A stretch of DNA of 64,000 nucleotides, taken from Candidatus Cloacimonadales bacterium (GTDB taxonomy: Bacteria; Cloacimonadota; Cloacimonadia; Cloacimonadales; JAFGVF01). Of the stretch, positions 38,792 to 48,901 are shown piece after piece. Numbering within the stretch: the stretch's first letter is position 1; each line of letters opens with the position of its first letter. The position numbers and the translations under genes are program-made. Under the pieces are notes generated by a model. That model ran no database searches. It saw nothing but the letters and a program-made list of their open reading frames with translations, and was not told the origin of the DNA. The DNA is taken from NCBI GenBank assembly GCA_963663475.2, contig CAXXJV010000002.1:288001-352000 (forward strand), in the 5' to 3' direction.

Positions 38792-38890
38792 GGGTAACTC
38801 CTTTCTTCTCTGTGTCCTCTGTGTCTCTGTGGTGAGTTCTTCATTCCTGACTCTTAACTCCTAACTAAATAATAACCAAGTAGGTATAAT

Positions 38891-41770
38891 ATGCAAGATT
38901 TAAAATTAATGATAAGATTTAACTTCGACGGTAAGAACGAATTAGAAAAGATTATCGATGAAGTTGCTAAGAAACATAACCTGGAAGTAAAGAGTAATCT
39001 GGGTCAAGTAAAGGTGGATGTAGATAGTATTGGTAAAGGTTTTACTAATATAACCAATAAAATAACTACTGCTGTTACTAAATTTGGTTTCTTTACTCAA
39101 GGTCTTTCTCAGGCAGGCGGTATATTAAGAATGCTGGCTGATGAAACTGTTAACTTAGGTAGAGAACAAATAAGATCTGATAAATTAGTTGAAGGTGCTG
39201 TTAAAGCTACTGGTGCGGCCGCTGGATTTACTACTGCTGAACTTAAACGCATGGCAAACCAACTTCAAGATGATACTAACTTCGGTGATGAAAAGCTTCT
39301 TGCTAAAGTTACCTCTGTTTTACTCACCTTTAAACAAGTTCAAGGTGATGTATTCCGGGAAGCTCAATCTCTTATCCTGGATATGTCAGAAGCTCTTGAC
39401 CAAGACCTCCAGCAAGCATCAATCCAAGTAGGTAAAGCCTTGCAAGACCCAATTCAAGGAGTTACTGCCCTTCGCCGTGTTGGTGTTCAACTATCTGAAC
39501 AACAAGAACAGCAAATTAAAGACTTCATGGCTGTCAATAAAGTAGCTAAAGCTCAAAAAATTATCCTACAAGAACTAAATTCTCAGTTTGGAGGACAAGC
39601 TAAGAATGTCGCAGACCCTTTTATTCAGCTCAAAAACACTTTTGGAGATATTAAAGAAATTATTGGTATTGCCTTACTTCCTGGTCTTAATGCTATTGCC
39701 TCCTCTACCAAAAATTGGCTTGAATCTCTTAAACCTGCTACTTCTGAACTAGAAAAAGTTACTGATGAATCCCAAAACCAACAAGCTGAATTCTTTAGCT
39801 TAACCTCTGCCTATGAAACACTTCGCTTTAAACAAGGCGAAACCCTTGAATCTAGCACTGCCCTTAAAGATATTATCGATACTCTTAATTCTAAATATGG
39901 TGATTACCTAGGTAATATTGACCTGGCCACTACTAAATACCAAGACTTTAAAACTGCTGTTAGTAATGCGACTCTTGAACTACAAAAAGAGGCAATGACT
40001 AAAGCCTTTCTTGCTAAAAGACAAGATATTACTGATAAAATAACTGATGTGTCTGCTGACCTTGTTAATGATATAATGAAGAAAAGAAAAAAATTAGAGA
40101 TTGCACAAAAACAACTCCAAAAAGCAATGGCAGAACAAAAAGTCGCAGAAACAAACTGGGAAGCAGACCAGGGTAATAATCCACAATTAGAAAGTGATCT
40201 AGAAGATGCAATATGGTGGACTGAACGAAAACAAAAACAATTAGAACAAGAACAAGAAGATTTTGACCAAGCTGTAGAAGATTTAAACAATAAAGCCAAA
40301 GCTAAACTAACCGGCTTAGAATTAGAACTTAGTTTATTCGATGACTCCTCAACTTCTTTATTAAAACAACTTCTCGGTGAAGAAGAAGATGATGATAAGG
40401 GCAAAGGTAAGGGTAAGGGAGGAAATACTGTTATTGCTAACCCAGATGAAATAGATAAACAACTACAAGCCCTTAAAGATAGCTTCAAAACCAAACAGCA
40501 ACTTCTTACTGATAACTACAATGCTCAAACAGAGCTTATCAATAAGAACGTCGCTGATGAAACAGAAAGGACTAACCTCTTAACAGCTTTAGATGAAAAA
40601 TATGCTAATGATTCCAAAGCTCTTAAACACCAGGAATTTCAAGAAGAGCTTGCTATTGCTGAGAATAAGAAACAACTGGGTATTCTTACCTACCAAGAAC
40701 TTAAAACTACTGTAGATGAATACTATAACTGGGTTAAAGCTAATTATGATAAAGATTCTAAAGAATATGTCCAAGCCCTTAATATGAAACATAATGCAGA
40801 CCTTCGTTATGGCCAAGAAACTAAAAAACTTAACGATAAGCTGCTTAAAGATACTAAAGATACCTGGCAAACTGCTCTGAAAATGTTTGACTTAGACTTA
40901 ATACCTTACCAACAGCTTCAAACTGCCTACCAGAACTATAAAAACATGCTTCAATCTACTTCTGAAGATGCTGATCTAACTGAAGACCAAATTAATAAGA
41001 TTACCATAGCTGTTAAAGAACTCGATAACCAAATGGAGAAAATATCTCAAAATCAGAACTGGCTCTCTAAATGGGTTAATAACACTAACGAAGCTTTTGA
41101 TGAAGTTAATGATCAGTCGTGGGGAGTTGCCGGCAATGTTGCCTCCTCCTGGGCTAATACCTTTACTAAAATACAAAAAGAAGGTATGGACTTTAAAAAA
41201 GATATGGAAGCCATCTGGAAAGGCTTAGCATATGCTGTTATAGAAGAGATAAACAGAATGATTGCCCGTTGGCTTGTGCTTATGGCTATTAAAGGGATTG
41301 GTAAGCTTTTTGGATTGGATTCAGTCTTCGGTATAGCAGTGAATAAAGCCGAAGGTGGTTATATCTCAGGACCAGGCGGACCAAAAGACGATGTTATCCC
41401 TGCCTGGCTATCTAACGGAGAGTTTGTAATCAATGCAGAAAAAACAGCCATTTTTAGACCTCTCTTAGAGTATCTTAACTATACTCCTATGGCTTCTCTT
41501 AAAACTAGCTTATCACTCCCTAAAGTTAATATGCCTGCTATTCCTAAAGTAGCTTACTCTTCAGGTGGATATGCTAATCACCCAGGATTTGACCTGTCTC
41601 GAATAGAAGAAAAATTAGATAAACTTGATAAATTAGAAAAAGTAATTAATGAACTGCAAGAACTTAAGAAAAAAGACTACACTGTCCAGGTTTCTACTAA
41701 ATTTAGAGGTGTAGAGTTCGCTAAAGAAGTAAATAAAGCCCAATCACAATACCAAAGGATTATGAGATGA
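38891..41770 (+). CDS. Tail tape measure protein
   Basis: 959 aa, helical; QVGKALQDPIQGVTALRRVGVQ; AEGGYISGPGGPKDDVIPAWLSNGEFVINA. Confidence 0.92.
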   Translation: MQDLKLMIRFNFDGKNELEKIIDEVAKKHNLEVKSNLGQVKVDVDSIGKGFTNITNKITTAVTKFGFFTQGLSQAGGILRMLADETVNLGREQIRSDKLVEGAVKATGAAAGFTTAELKRMANQLQDDTNFGDEKLLAKVTSVLLTFKQVQGDVFREAQSLILDMSEALDQDLQQASIQVGKALQDPIQGVTALRRVGVQLSEQQEQQIKDFMAVNKVAKAQKIILQELNSQFGGQAKNVADPFIQLKNTFGDIKEIIGIALLPGLNAIASSTKNWLESLKPATSELEKVTDESQNQQAEFFSLTSAYETLRFKQGETLESSTALKDIIDTLNSKYGDYLGNIDLATTKYQDFKTAVSNATLELQKEAMTKAFLAKRQDITDKITDVSADLVNDIMKKRKKLEIAQKQLQKAMAEQKVAETNWEADQGNNPQLESDLEDAIWWTERKQKQLEQEQEDFDQAVEDLNNKAKAKLTGLELELSLFDDSSTSLLKQLLGEEEDDDKGKGKGKGGNTVIANPDEIDKQLQALKDSFKTKQQLLTDNYNAQTELINKNVADETERTNLLTALDEKYANDSKALKHQEFQEELAIAENKKQLGILTYQELKTTVDEYYNWVKANYDKDSKEYVQALNMKHNADLRYGQETKKLNDKLLKDTKDTWQTALKMFDLDLIPYQQLQTAYQNYKNMLQSTSEDADLTEDQINKITIAVKELDNQMEKISQNQNWLSKWVNNTNEAFDEVNDQSWGVAGNVASSWANTFTKIQKEGMDFKKDMEAIWKGLAYAVIEEINRMIARWLVLMAIKGIGKLFGLDSVFGIAVNKAEGGYISGPGGPKDDVIPAWLSNGEFVINAEKTAIFRPLLEYLNYTPMASLKTSLSLPKVNMPAIPKVAYSSGGYANHPGFDLSRIEEKLDKLDKLEKVINELQELKKKDYTVQVSTKFRGVEFAKEVNKAQSQYQRIMR

Positions 41771-42834
41771 GAATAGATTTTATAGATAATAATACCGTCG
41801 TTGCCTCTACTGATAAACTTATTGATATCGACTTATCTTACTACGATAATGTCCTGGTCTCTAAACCTGTTGCCCCTGAAGTAAGATTTACCATAGCTTA
41901 TAACCACCTCGATAACAACGACCCCTTTGTTACCTGGTGGAAAACTATCACTCAAGGCGAAATACCCGAAAATGTCTTTGCTGTTATCTACGACGGAAAT
42001 GGTTATGAAGTCGCTTCTGGAGACCTCTTTGAATACGATGAAGACCTACAAAACTTCGCTCTCGAAATCCTTATTGTGCCAGGGTTTACTCAAATTCTTG
42101 ATGAAGAGAAGAATAAATCTGGAGAAATTGTTAAGCCTATTACTCATGATGCATCTCTTAACTATATAACTGGCTTACTCAGAGAAGTATTTCTTAATAT
42201 GTGGAACAAATTGAATATTCCTTATTCTTGCATTTTAAATGATCCTACTCCAAACGGTGTCATCTGGATGGATTTTATTGATGTTGCTAACATTATTCAC
42301 TACTTTTGCCAATCCAGGCTATTATCTGGTAACGCGTACTTCCTGCGGATTAATTATGTATTAAATGGGACAAAAGCTAATTCTATCAATAGTTTGGGCT
42401 TCAGCAATCTCCTAAAATTATTTTATTCTAGAAAATCAAACTCTTTCTCTTCATGGAATCCTCAGCAAACTAAACAAGTTCAAGGTTTTGTTACTGGTAC
42501 TTCATATAATGAACTTGATACAGATGATTTCTCTCCTTTATATAGACTTCGTGTATATGATTATGGTGGTGATGATGAAATAGGTGATTTAGACTCTCTA
42601 TACAAAGCTAAGATACAACAAAAAGTTAATTCCTTAAAAGTAAGAAAAAATTATCATATCCAAGGAAATGTAGCTTTTACATGGCTTTACCCGGGAGACT
42701 CAATAAGCCTTAATGGACAAACTTATATCATCAAAGAAATTAATTACGATCCTGTATCATTAAATACTATATCTCACATGGGTTCAAATTTAAACCTAAA
42801 ATTCTTCAATGCTGTATGTGTCAAAGGTAGTTAA
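41767..42834 (+). CDS. Putative distal tail/baseplate hub protein
   Basis: ATGA-coupled to TMP; stop codon abuts the right-end motifs. Confidence 0.5.
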   Translation: MRIDFIDNNTVVASTDKLIDIDLSYYDNVLVSKPVAPEVRFTIAYNHLDNNDPFVTWWKTITQGEIPENVFAVIYDGNGYEVASGDLFEYDEDLQNFALEILIVPGFTQILDEEKNKSGEIVKPITHDASLNYITGLLREVFLNMWNKLNIPYSCILNDPTPNGVIWMDFIDVANIIHYFCQSRLLSGNAYFLRINYVLNGTKANSINSLGFSNLLKLFYSRKSNSFSSWNPQQTKQVQGFVTGTSYNELDTDDFSPLYRLRVYDYGGDDEIGDLDSLYKAKIQQKVNSLKVRKNYHIQGNVAFTWLYPGDSISLNGQTYIIKEINYDPVSLNTISHMGSNLNLKFFNAVCVKGS

Positions 42835-42979
42835 ACTGCAAAATAATTTCTAAATCTTAGAACTAAACTGCAAAATAATTTCTCATTAAGTGATTTACCA
42901 CTGCAAAATAATTTCTAAATCTTAGAACTAAACTGCAAAATAATTTCTCATTCACTGCAATTTAATTTCAAAGTGCATA
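42835..42979 (-). repeat. Right end: five end motifs, a 53-bp direct duplication and the 53-bp TIR (42927-42979)
   Basis: ACTGCAAWWTAATTTC at 42835, 42867, 42900, 42932, 42954; exact reverse complement of 16099-16151. Confidence 0.92.
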
Positions 42980-43085
42980 AAAACCAATGATAGATAATAT
43001 TATTATTAGATTATTTTATTGACTACTATATAAAAAATAAAATATTGTCTTAGATAAAGTATAAAATGATTTTCATGGAGGAAAT

Positions 43086-43652
43086 GTGAAAAAAATAATA
43101 TTATTAAGTGTACTGATACTAACTTTATCAGTCGTAATTGCCAATGCAACTAACCTTGCTTACGTAAACGTTGAAAGAATAATGGTTGAAGCAGACGATG
43201 TTCAGGAAGCTAAAAGAATTTTTGATTCTGAAAGCCAAGCTTGGAGAACCGAAATTGAAGCTATGCAACAAGAATTAGAAGGCATGGTTGCCCAATATGA
43301 GAATAAAAAACTAATCCTTAATGAACAAGGTAAGAAAGATGCAGAAGATAAAATTAAAGCTAAAGATCAAGCTTTAAATCGTAAAATGGAAGAGTACTTC
43401 GGCCAAGAAGGTACTGCTGCAGCTAGAAATGCTGAATTGTTAGAACCAATTCTTGATAGAATTAATGAAGTTATTCAATCAATAGCTATTGATGATAACT
43501 ATGACATGGTGCTTGATATTACTGCAGGAAATGTTCTATATGCTAAAGATTATATGGATATTACTGAGAAAGTTATTGCTAGATTAAATAGTGGTCAAGC
43601 AAGTGATAATAATGAAGATACACCTCAAACATCAAATCCAGATAAAAAATAA
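43086..43652 (+). CDS. skp: OmpH/Skp periplasmic chaperone
   Basis: Signal peptide, LAYVNVERI, YDMVLD, DITEKVIARLN; upstream of lpxD. Confidence 0.9.
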   Translation: MKKIILLSVLILTLSVVIANATNLAYVNVERIMVEADDVQEAKRIFDSESQAWRTEIEAMQQELEGMVAQYENKKLILNEQGKKDAEDKIKAKDQALNRKMEEYFGQEGTAAARNAELLEPILDRINEVIQSIAIDDNYDMVLDITAGNVLYAKDYMDITEKVIARLNSGQASDNNEDTPQTSNPDKK

Positions 43653-43662
43653 GAAAGTATAA

Positions 43663-44709
43663 ATGAAGAAATTTAAGAATGAATTAAAAATTGAAGATAT
43701 AATCTCCCAAGCTAAGGGGGATTATGTCTCACGTTTTGAAACACTTCTTACTAGTGTTGCTGAACTAGAAGATGCAGACTCTAGTTCAGTTTGCTTTTAT
43801 GAAAATGAAGCTTATCTAAACAAATTAACCAAGAGCAAAGCAGGATTAATAATCGTAAATAAAGATTTTGATGATTCTCTAAATGAATTTTCTAATCTAT
43901 TAAAAGTTGAAAAACCATATTTTGTCTTTATGGTTCTTGTCAAATTATGGTTAGAAATTGATAAACAAACAAAAGCTACTAAAATCTCAGCTAATGCATC
44001 AATTTCGCCTAGTGCTTTAATTGGTGAGAATGTCTCCCTAGGAGATAATGTTGTAATTGAAGATAATGTTTCCATTGGTAATGATACCACCATTGAAGCT
44101 AATTGTGTAATTAAGGAAGGCACAGTGATTGGTAATAATTGCTATATCTTCCCTAACTGTACAATTTATGATAATATGGTTCTGGAAAATAATGTAATAC
44201 TTCATGCTGGTGTGGTAATTGGTGCCGATGGCTTCGGCTATATTTTATATAATGGACAACAGGAAAAAGTCCCCCAAATAGGAAATGTCATAATTAAAGA
44301 TAATGTGGAAATTGGAGCAAATACCTGCATTGATAGAGGTACAATTGGTTCAACAATTATAAGTAAGAATACCAAGCTTGATAATTTAGTACAGATTGGC
44401 CATAATGTAAAGATTGGCGAAAACACTATCATTTGTTCTCAAGTAGGTATTGCTGGCTCTACTCAGGTAGGAGATTTAGTTTATCTTGCTGGGCAAGTAG
44501 GTGTTGCAGATCATGTTAAGATAGGAAATAAAGTAATGGCTGGAGCTAAATCTGGTATCCATGGAACTCTTAAAGATGATGTAAAAGTTTTGGGTTACCC
44601 AGCTAGGGATGTTGCTCTGCAAAGAAGAATTATGGCTGCAGAAACTAAATTACCAGACATGTTTAAGAACTATTTAAAAAATATTAAAAAAGAAAATAAA
44701 GAGAAATAA
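43663..44709 (+). CDS. lpxD: UDP-3-O-acylglucosamine N-acyltransferase
   Basis: Hexapeptide repeats, [32 protein letters not shown]. Confidence 0.96.
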   Translation: MKKFKNELKIEDIISQAKGDYVSRFETLLTSVAELEDADSSSVCFYENEAYLNKLTKSKAGLIIVNKDFDDSLNEFSNLLKVEKPYFVFMVLVKLWLEIDKQTKATKISANASISPSALIGENVSLGDNVVIEDNVSIGNDTTIEANCVIKEGTVIGNNCYIFPNCTIYDNMVLENNVILHAGVVIGADGFGYILYNGQQEKVPQIGNVIIKDNVEIGANTCIDRGTIGSTIISKNTKLDNLVQIGHNVKIGENTIICSQVGIAGSTQVGDLVYLAGQVGVADHVKIGNKVMAGAKSGIHGTLKDDVKVLGYPARDVALQRRIMAAETKLPDMFKNYLKNIKKENKEK

Positions 44710-44711
44710 TT

Positions 44712-46103
44712 ATGAGTGATTTTAAAAAAACTATAGCAGGAACAATTTCTTATACTGGTATCGGCTTACATTCAGGTATAATTTCAACCATAACTTTCAA
44801 ACCCGCTGGCTCTGATGACGGCATCTGTTTTGTAAGAGTTGATATGCCTGGAAAACCAGTCATACCTGCTGATATTGACCATGTGATAGATATCTCAAGA
44901 GGCACAACTATCGGTATTAAAGATGCTTCTGTCGGAACAATAGAACATGTACTAGCTGCCGTTAAAGGTATGGATATAGATAACTTAATTATAGAAATTG
45001 ATGGTCCTGAAGCACCTGTTGCTGATGGTTCAGCATATCCTTTTATCCAGCTAATTAAGCAAGTTGGTGTAAAACAACAAGAATCTGTTAGAGAATATTT
45101 TGAATTTGATAAACCAATCAATTTCTCAGCTCCTGAAGATAATGTTGATATCGTTATCGTTCCTTCTAATGAGTTGAAAGTTACCTTCTTGATCGATTAT
45201 CACCACCCATATCTTGGTACTCAATATACTTGGCTACCTAATATGTCTTATTTTGAAGAAGAATTCTCTAAAGCTAGGACTTTCTGCTTTATTAATGAAA
45301 TTCTCTACTTAAAAGAAAAGAATCTGATTAAGGGTGGTTCTTTAGAAAATGCAGTTGTTATTGGTGAACCTAATATGACTGAAGCAGAACTAAGTAACTT
45401 AAAAGATACTTTTGATTATCATAAAGATATAGAAGTCACTTCAGAAGGTATCCTTAATACTAGCTCTCTAAGATATAATAATGAATTTGTGAGACATAAA
45501 GTCCTTGATGTTATTGGTGATATAGCTCTATTAGGTATGCCTATCAAAGGTCATATCTTAGCTGCTCGTTCTGGCCATAAAACAAATGTTGAACTTGTGA
45601 AAAAACTTCGTTCTATTCAAAGAAAGAATGAGCTTCAAAAAATGTTCCAAAAGAAAAGAACTGAAGATGTAGTCTTTGATATAAACGCTATTCAAAAGAT
45701 ACTTCCTCATAGATATCCTTTCTTATTTGTTGATAAAATTATTGAGTTTATCCCAGGTAAAATTATTGTAGGTATTAAGAATGTCACTATGAATGAACCA
45801 TTCTTCCAAGGACATTTCCCTGACCATCCTGTAATGCCAGGCGTTATTATTGTTGAAGCTATGGCTCAAACAGGTGGAATTATGTTACTTAATCAGTTAA
45901 ATGATCCTGAAAATTATGTAGCTTATTTTGCTTCTATAGATAATGTAAAGTTTAGGAAACCTGTTCTGCCTGGAGATATCTTAAGATTTGAAATGAAAGT
46001 AATCTCGCTAAAATCAACTATCACAAAGATGCATGGCGATGCGTATGTTGGCTCAACTAAAGTCTGTGAAGGTGATTTCTTAGCTAAATTAATGAAAAAG
46101 TAG
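44712..46103 (+). CDS. lpxC-fabZ: Bifunctional LpxC deacetylase / FabZ dehydratase
   Basis: GIGLHSG, TIEHVLAA, RHKVLDVIGD; LPHRYPFLFVD, FFQGHFP..PVMPGV. Confidence 0.96.
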   Translation: MSDFKKTIAGTISYTGIGLHSGIISTITFKPAGSDDGICFVRVDMPGKPVIPADIDHVIDISRGTTIGIKDASVGTIEHVLAAVKGMDIDNLIIEIDGPEAPVADGSAYPFIQLIKQVGVKQQESVREYFEFDKPINFSAPEDNVDIVIVPSNELKVTFLIDYHHPYLGTQYTWLPNMSYFEEEFSKARTFCFINEILYLKEKNLIKGGSLENAVVIGEPNMTEAELSNLKDTFDYHKDIEVTSEGILNTSSLRYNNEFVRHKVLDVIGDIALLGMPIKGHILAARSGHKTNVELVKKLRSIQRKNELQKMFQKKRTEDVVFDINAIQKILPHRYPFLFVDKIIEFIPGKIIVGIKNVTMNEPFFQGHFPDHPVMPGVIIVEAMAQTGGIMLLNQLNDPENYVAYFASIDNVKFRKPVLPGDILRFEMKVISLKSTITKMHGDAYVGSTKVCEGDFLAKLMKK

Positions 46104-46111
46104 GTGGAAAT

Positions 46112-46906
46112 ATGTCTAAGATACATCCTACAGCAATCATTAAAGAAGGGGCAAAAATAGGGGAGAATAATGTTATCGGACCCTATTGTCTTATTTCTGA
46201 GAACGTAGTAATTGGTGATAATAATATACTTCAATCTCATGTTGTACTTGATGGTCATACCACTATAGGTGATAATAATGAATTTTATCCTTTTGCTTGT
46301 ATTGGAACTAAACCTCAAGATTTAAAGTATAAAGGAGAACCTACTAGGGTAAATATTGGAGATAATAACACTATTAGAGAGTATGTTACCATAAATGCTT
46401 CTAACGGACTTGATGAAGATACTAATGTTGGTAGTCATAATCTAATAATGTCTTATGTCCATGTGGCTCATAATTGTCAAATAGGTTCTCATGTAATAAT
46501 ATCTTCAGCAACTACATTTGCAGGTCATGTGCATGTACTTGATCATGCTATTGTTAGTGGTATGTGTGCTGCTAATCAGTTTGTTAAAATCGGACGATAT
46601 GCTTTTGTTGGTGGTGCATCTCAGATTAAGAAAGATATACCTCCCTTTACACGAGGACAGGGAACTGACTATCATTTAGGTGGTATAAATAGTGTTGGTT
46701 TGCAACGTAGAGGTTTTTCTATGGAAGATATTGCTGAGATTAAGGAAATATTTCGGATCTTTTATAGGTCTGGTCTCAATGTTTCTCAAGCCATTGCAGC
46801 AGGAGAAAAATTGGATAACTTAACAGCTTATCAAAGAGAATTTATTGATTTTGCTAAGGCTTCTGAAAGGGGCATAGTTCTTAATAGCAGAGAATCTTCT
46901 GAATAA
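46112..46906 (+). CDS. lpxA: UDP-N-acetylglucosamine acyltransferase
   Basis: IHPTAII, PQDLKYKGE, HVAHNC, INSVGLQRRGF. Confidence 0.96.
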   Translation: MSKIHPTAIIKEGAKIGENNVIGPYCLISENVVIGDNNILQSHVVLDGHTTIGDNNEFYPFACIGTKPQDLKYKGEPTRVNIGDNNTIREYVTINASNGLDEDTNVGSHNLIMSYVHVAHNCQIGSHVIISSATTFAGHVHVLDHAIVSGMCAANQFVKIGRYAFVGGASQIKKDIPPFTRGQGTDYHLGGINSVGLQRRGFSMEDIAEIKEIFRIFYRSGLNVSQAIAAGEKLDNLTAYQREFIDFAKASERGIVLNSRESSE

Positions 46907-46958
46907 ACTAAAAAAATATTGACAAAAATATCAGATGTGATTTTTTTTACTCGTATGT

Positions 46959-47034
46959 GGGGCATTAGCTCAGCTGGGAGAGCGCTACACTGGCAGTGTA
47001 GAGGTCAGCGGTTCGATCCCGCTATGCTCCACCA
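46959..47034 (+). tRNA. tRNA-Ala (GGC)
   Basis: 76-nt cloverleaf, anticodon loop CTGGCAG, G3:U70, TTCGA loop, encoded CCA; TTGACA upstream. Confidence 0.97.
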
Positions 47035-47105
47035 TACTTGGCTTTTTATAGCTTAGCTTAAAAAAGCTTAGTATGGTGTATTATCTAGCAAGATTTTTTT
47101 TCTTT

Positions 47106-47693
47106 TTATTCCCCCAATAGCTTAACGATGTCTTCTTCCATACTCTCAGGTTTTTTAGTTGAAGCATATCTCTCAACTACTTTTCCCTTCCTATCAACCA
47201 AGAACTTGGTAAAATTCCACTTGATAGAATCCCCTGGGAAACCAGATTGTTGTGATTTTAAATAGACATAAAGTGGGTGAGCATTATCTCCATTAACATC
47301 TATTTTACTAAACATAGGGAAGGTAACTCCATAATTAAGAGTGCAGAATTCTTGTATATCTTCATTAGAAGCTGGTTCTTGATTAGCAAATTGATTAGAA
47401 GGGAAGCCAAGTATTACTAAGCCTTCTTTCTCATATTTTTCATAAAGGGCTTGTAAGCCTTCATACTGAGGAGTGAATCCGCATTTGCTCGCTACATTTA
47501 CGATAACAATAACTTTTCCTTTGTATTCAGACATTGAAATATCCTTGCCATCTATACTAGTAGCAGAATAATCATAGAAAGTTTTGCTATTTAATTCTTC
47601 CTTGATATTATCAATTTCCCTTTTATTATGGTCTTTAGCGAATAAAGCCATAGTAGCAAGTAGCATTATAGTAATAATTATGATATATTTCAT
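47106..47693 (-). CDS. gpx: Glutathione peroxidase family protein with signal peptide
   Basis: [31 protein letters not shown]. Confidence 0.95.
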   Translation of the reverse strand: MKYIIIITIMLLATMALFAKDHNKREIDNIKEELNSKTFYDYSATSIDGKDISMSEYKGKVIVIVNVASKCGFTPQYEGLQALYEKYEKEGLVILGFPSNQFANQEPASNEDIQEFCTLNYGVTFPMFSKIDVNGDNAHPLYVYLKSQQSGFPGDSIKWNFTKFLVDRKGKVVERYASTKKPESMEEDIVKLLGE

Positions 47694-47826
47694 TTTTCTT
47701 TACCTCTTATTATTTTTAAATAGTATAAGCTAAAGATATCTTAATGCTAGAAATATTTTCTTATTGTCTCAGCTAGACTGGACCTTAGATTTTCTATTTC
47801 TTCTACTGCATTCTTATTGGCTTAAT

Positions 47827-48744
47827 CTAGAAAATAGAAACTTCAGTAATGCTAGTAAATTCCTCGAGAAACTTCATCCCAAATGCTGAATTTCCCTTAT
47901 TGTTAAGTCTAGGACTATAGACAGTTATGACATAATTACCAGGATGTACAGCAACAATACCACCACCAACTCCACTTTTACCAGGTAAGCCAATTTTATA
48001 AGAGAAGAGTCCAGCTTGATCATAGAAACCACAAGTTTGCATAATAGCATTAATTCTTTTTGATTGACTCAAGGTAATTACTCTTTCTCCTGAGAGAAGT
48101 TTACCTCTATTAGCAAAAAGAATAAAGGCATTGCAAGCATCTTTGCAGGAAAGTTCAAGAGAGCAGATAGTGAAGTAGAAGTTCATAACATCATCAATAT
48201 TATGTTTAATATTATTATGAGCTTTCATGAAATTAGCAAGGGCATAGTTACGAAAGCCAGTAGCTTTTTCTGATTCTGCTATTTTGTTATTATATTGCAC
48301 TTCTTTATTGTTGGTTAATCTTCTAACAAAACCTAAAAAATTTTCTGCAGGATTTTTTAAATGATCCATTAAGATATCACAGACTACAATTGCACCTGCA
48401 TTAATAAAGGGATTTCTAGGAATGCCATTCTCATATTCAAGTTGGACAACAGAATTAAAGGGATTACCAGAAGGTTCCATATTTACCCTTTGCCATAACT
48501 TATCTTTCTCAAACTCTAGGGCTAAGGTAAGAGTTAGAACTTTTACTATACTTTGTACAGAAAAAATATGTTCATTTTTACCAATATGGTAGTTTTGACC
48601 ATCAACTGTTAATAGATGTACTCCAAACAAGTCTGCATCAACCTTAGCTAACTCAGGAATATAGCTAGCTACTTTACCTTCTCTAGGAATATCTTTAATC
48701 ATTTCATATACTTTATTCAATGCTTCTTGATAGCTCATAATCAC
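47827..48744 (-). CDS. glsA: Glutaminase
   Basis: ASYIPELAKV, FSVQSIVK, NPFINAGA, PGKSGVGGG. Confidence 0.95.
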   Translation of the reverse strand: MIMSYQEALNKVYEMIKDIPREGKVASYIPELAKVDADLFGVHLLTVDGQNYHIGKNEHIFSVQSIVKVLTLTLALEFEKDKLWQRVNMEPSGNPFNSVVQLEYENGIPRNPFINAGAIVVCDILMDHLKNPAENFLGFVRRLTNNKEVQYNNKIAESEKATGFRNYALANFMKAHNNIKHNIDDVMNFYFTICSLELSCKDACNAFILFANRGKLLSGERVITLSQSKRINAIMQTCGFYDQAGLFSYKIGLPGKSGVGGGIVAVHPGNYVITVYSPRLNNKGNSAFGMKFLEEFTSITEVSIF

Positions 48745-48901
48745 CTCTTTAATAATTGATTGACATTAAATAATAAACTGAAAGCTTGACAAGATAATTT
48801 TAATATTGGTTAAATCATGCAAAATGGCTTATATTTTGCATATTATTATAGTAATTATAATTTAGAGGAAAAAAGATAAATATAAAAAGGAAGGATGATA
48901 T

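Larger units (their letters stand above)
16099..42979. mobile_element. Transposable (Mu-like) prophage, 26,881 bp, both ends present
   Basis: 53-bp perfect terminal inverted repeats, AAAAC duplicated at 16094-16098 and 42980-42984, DDE transposase, head, lysis and tail genes. Confidence 0.93.

Noticed and set aside
38592-38864. 90-aa + strand ORF before TMP
   Set aside because: Composed of REP/repeat sequence and the antisense shadow of the 35-aa minus-strand gene
39904-40494. 196-aa antisense ORF in TMP, and similar shadow ORFs in gyrA, lpx, capsid and ABC genes
   Set aside because: Ser/Leu-rich antisense shadows of well-supported genes, without RBS or promoter
35632-42834. Diversity-generating retroelement or invertase-based fibre switching
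   Set aside because: No reverse transcriptase, TR/VR pair or recombinase seen in the element
46959-47034. tRNA-Ala as prophage attachment site
   Set aside because: 4 kb outside the element; no duplicated tRNA 3' end noticed and no integrase
47106-47693. Selenocysteine glutathione peroxidase
   Set aside because: Active site is encoded as Cys (SKCG); no in-frame TGA
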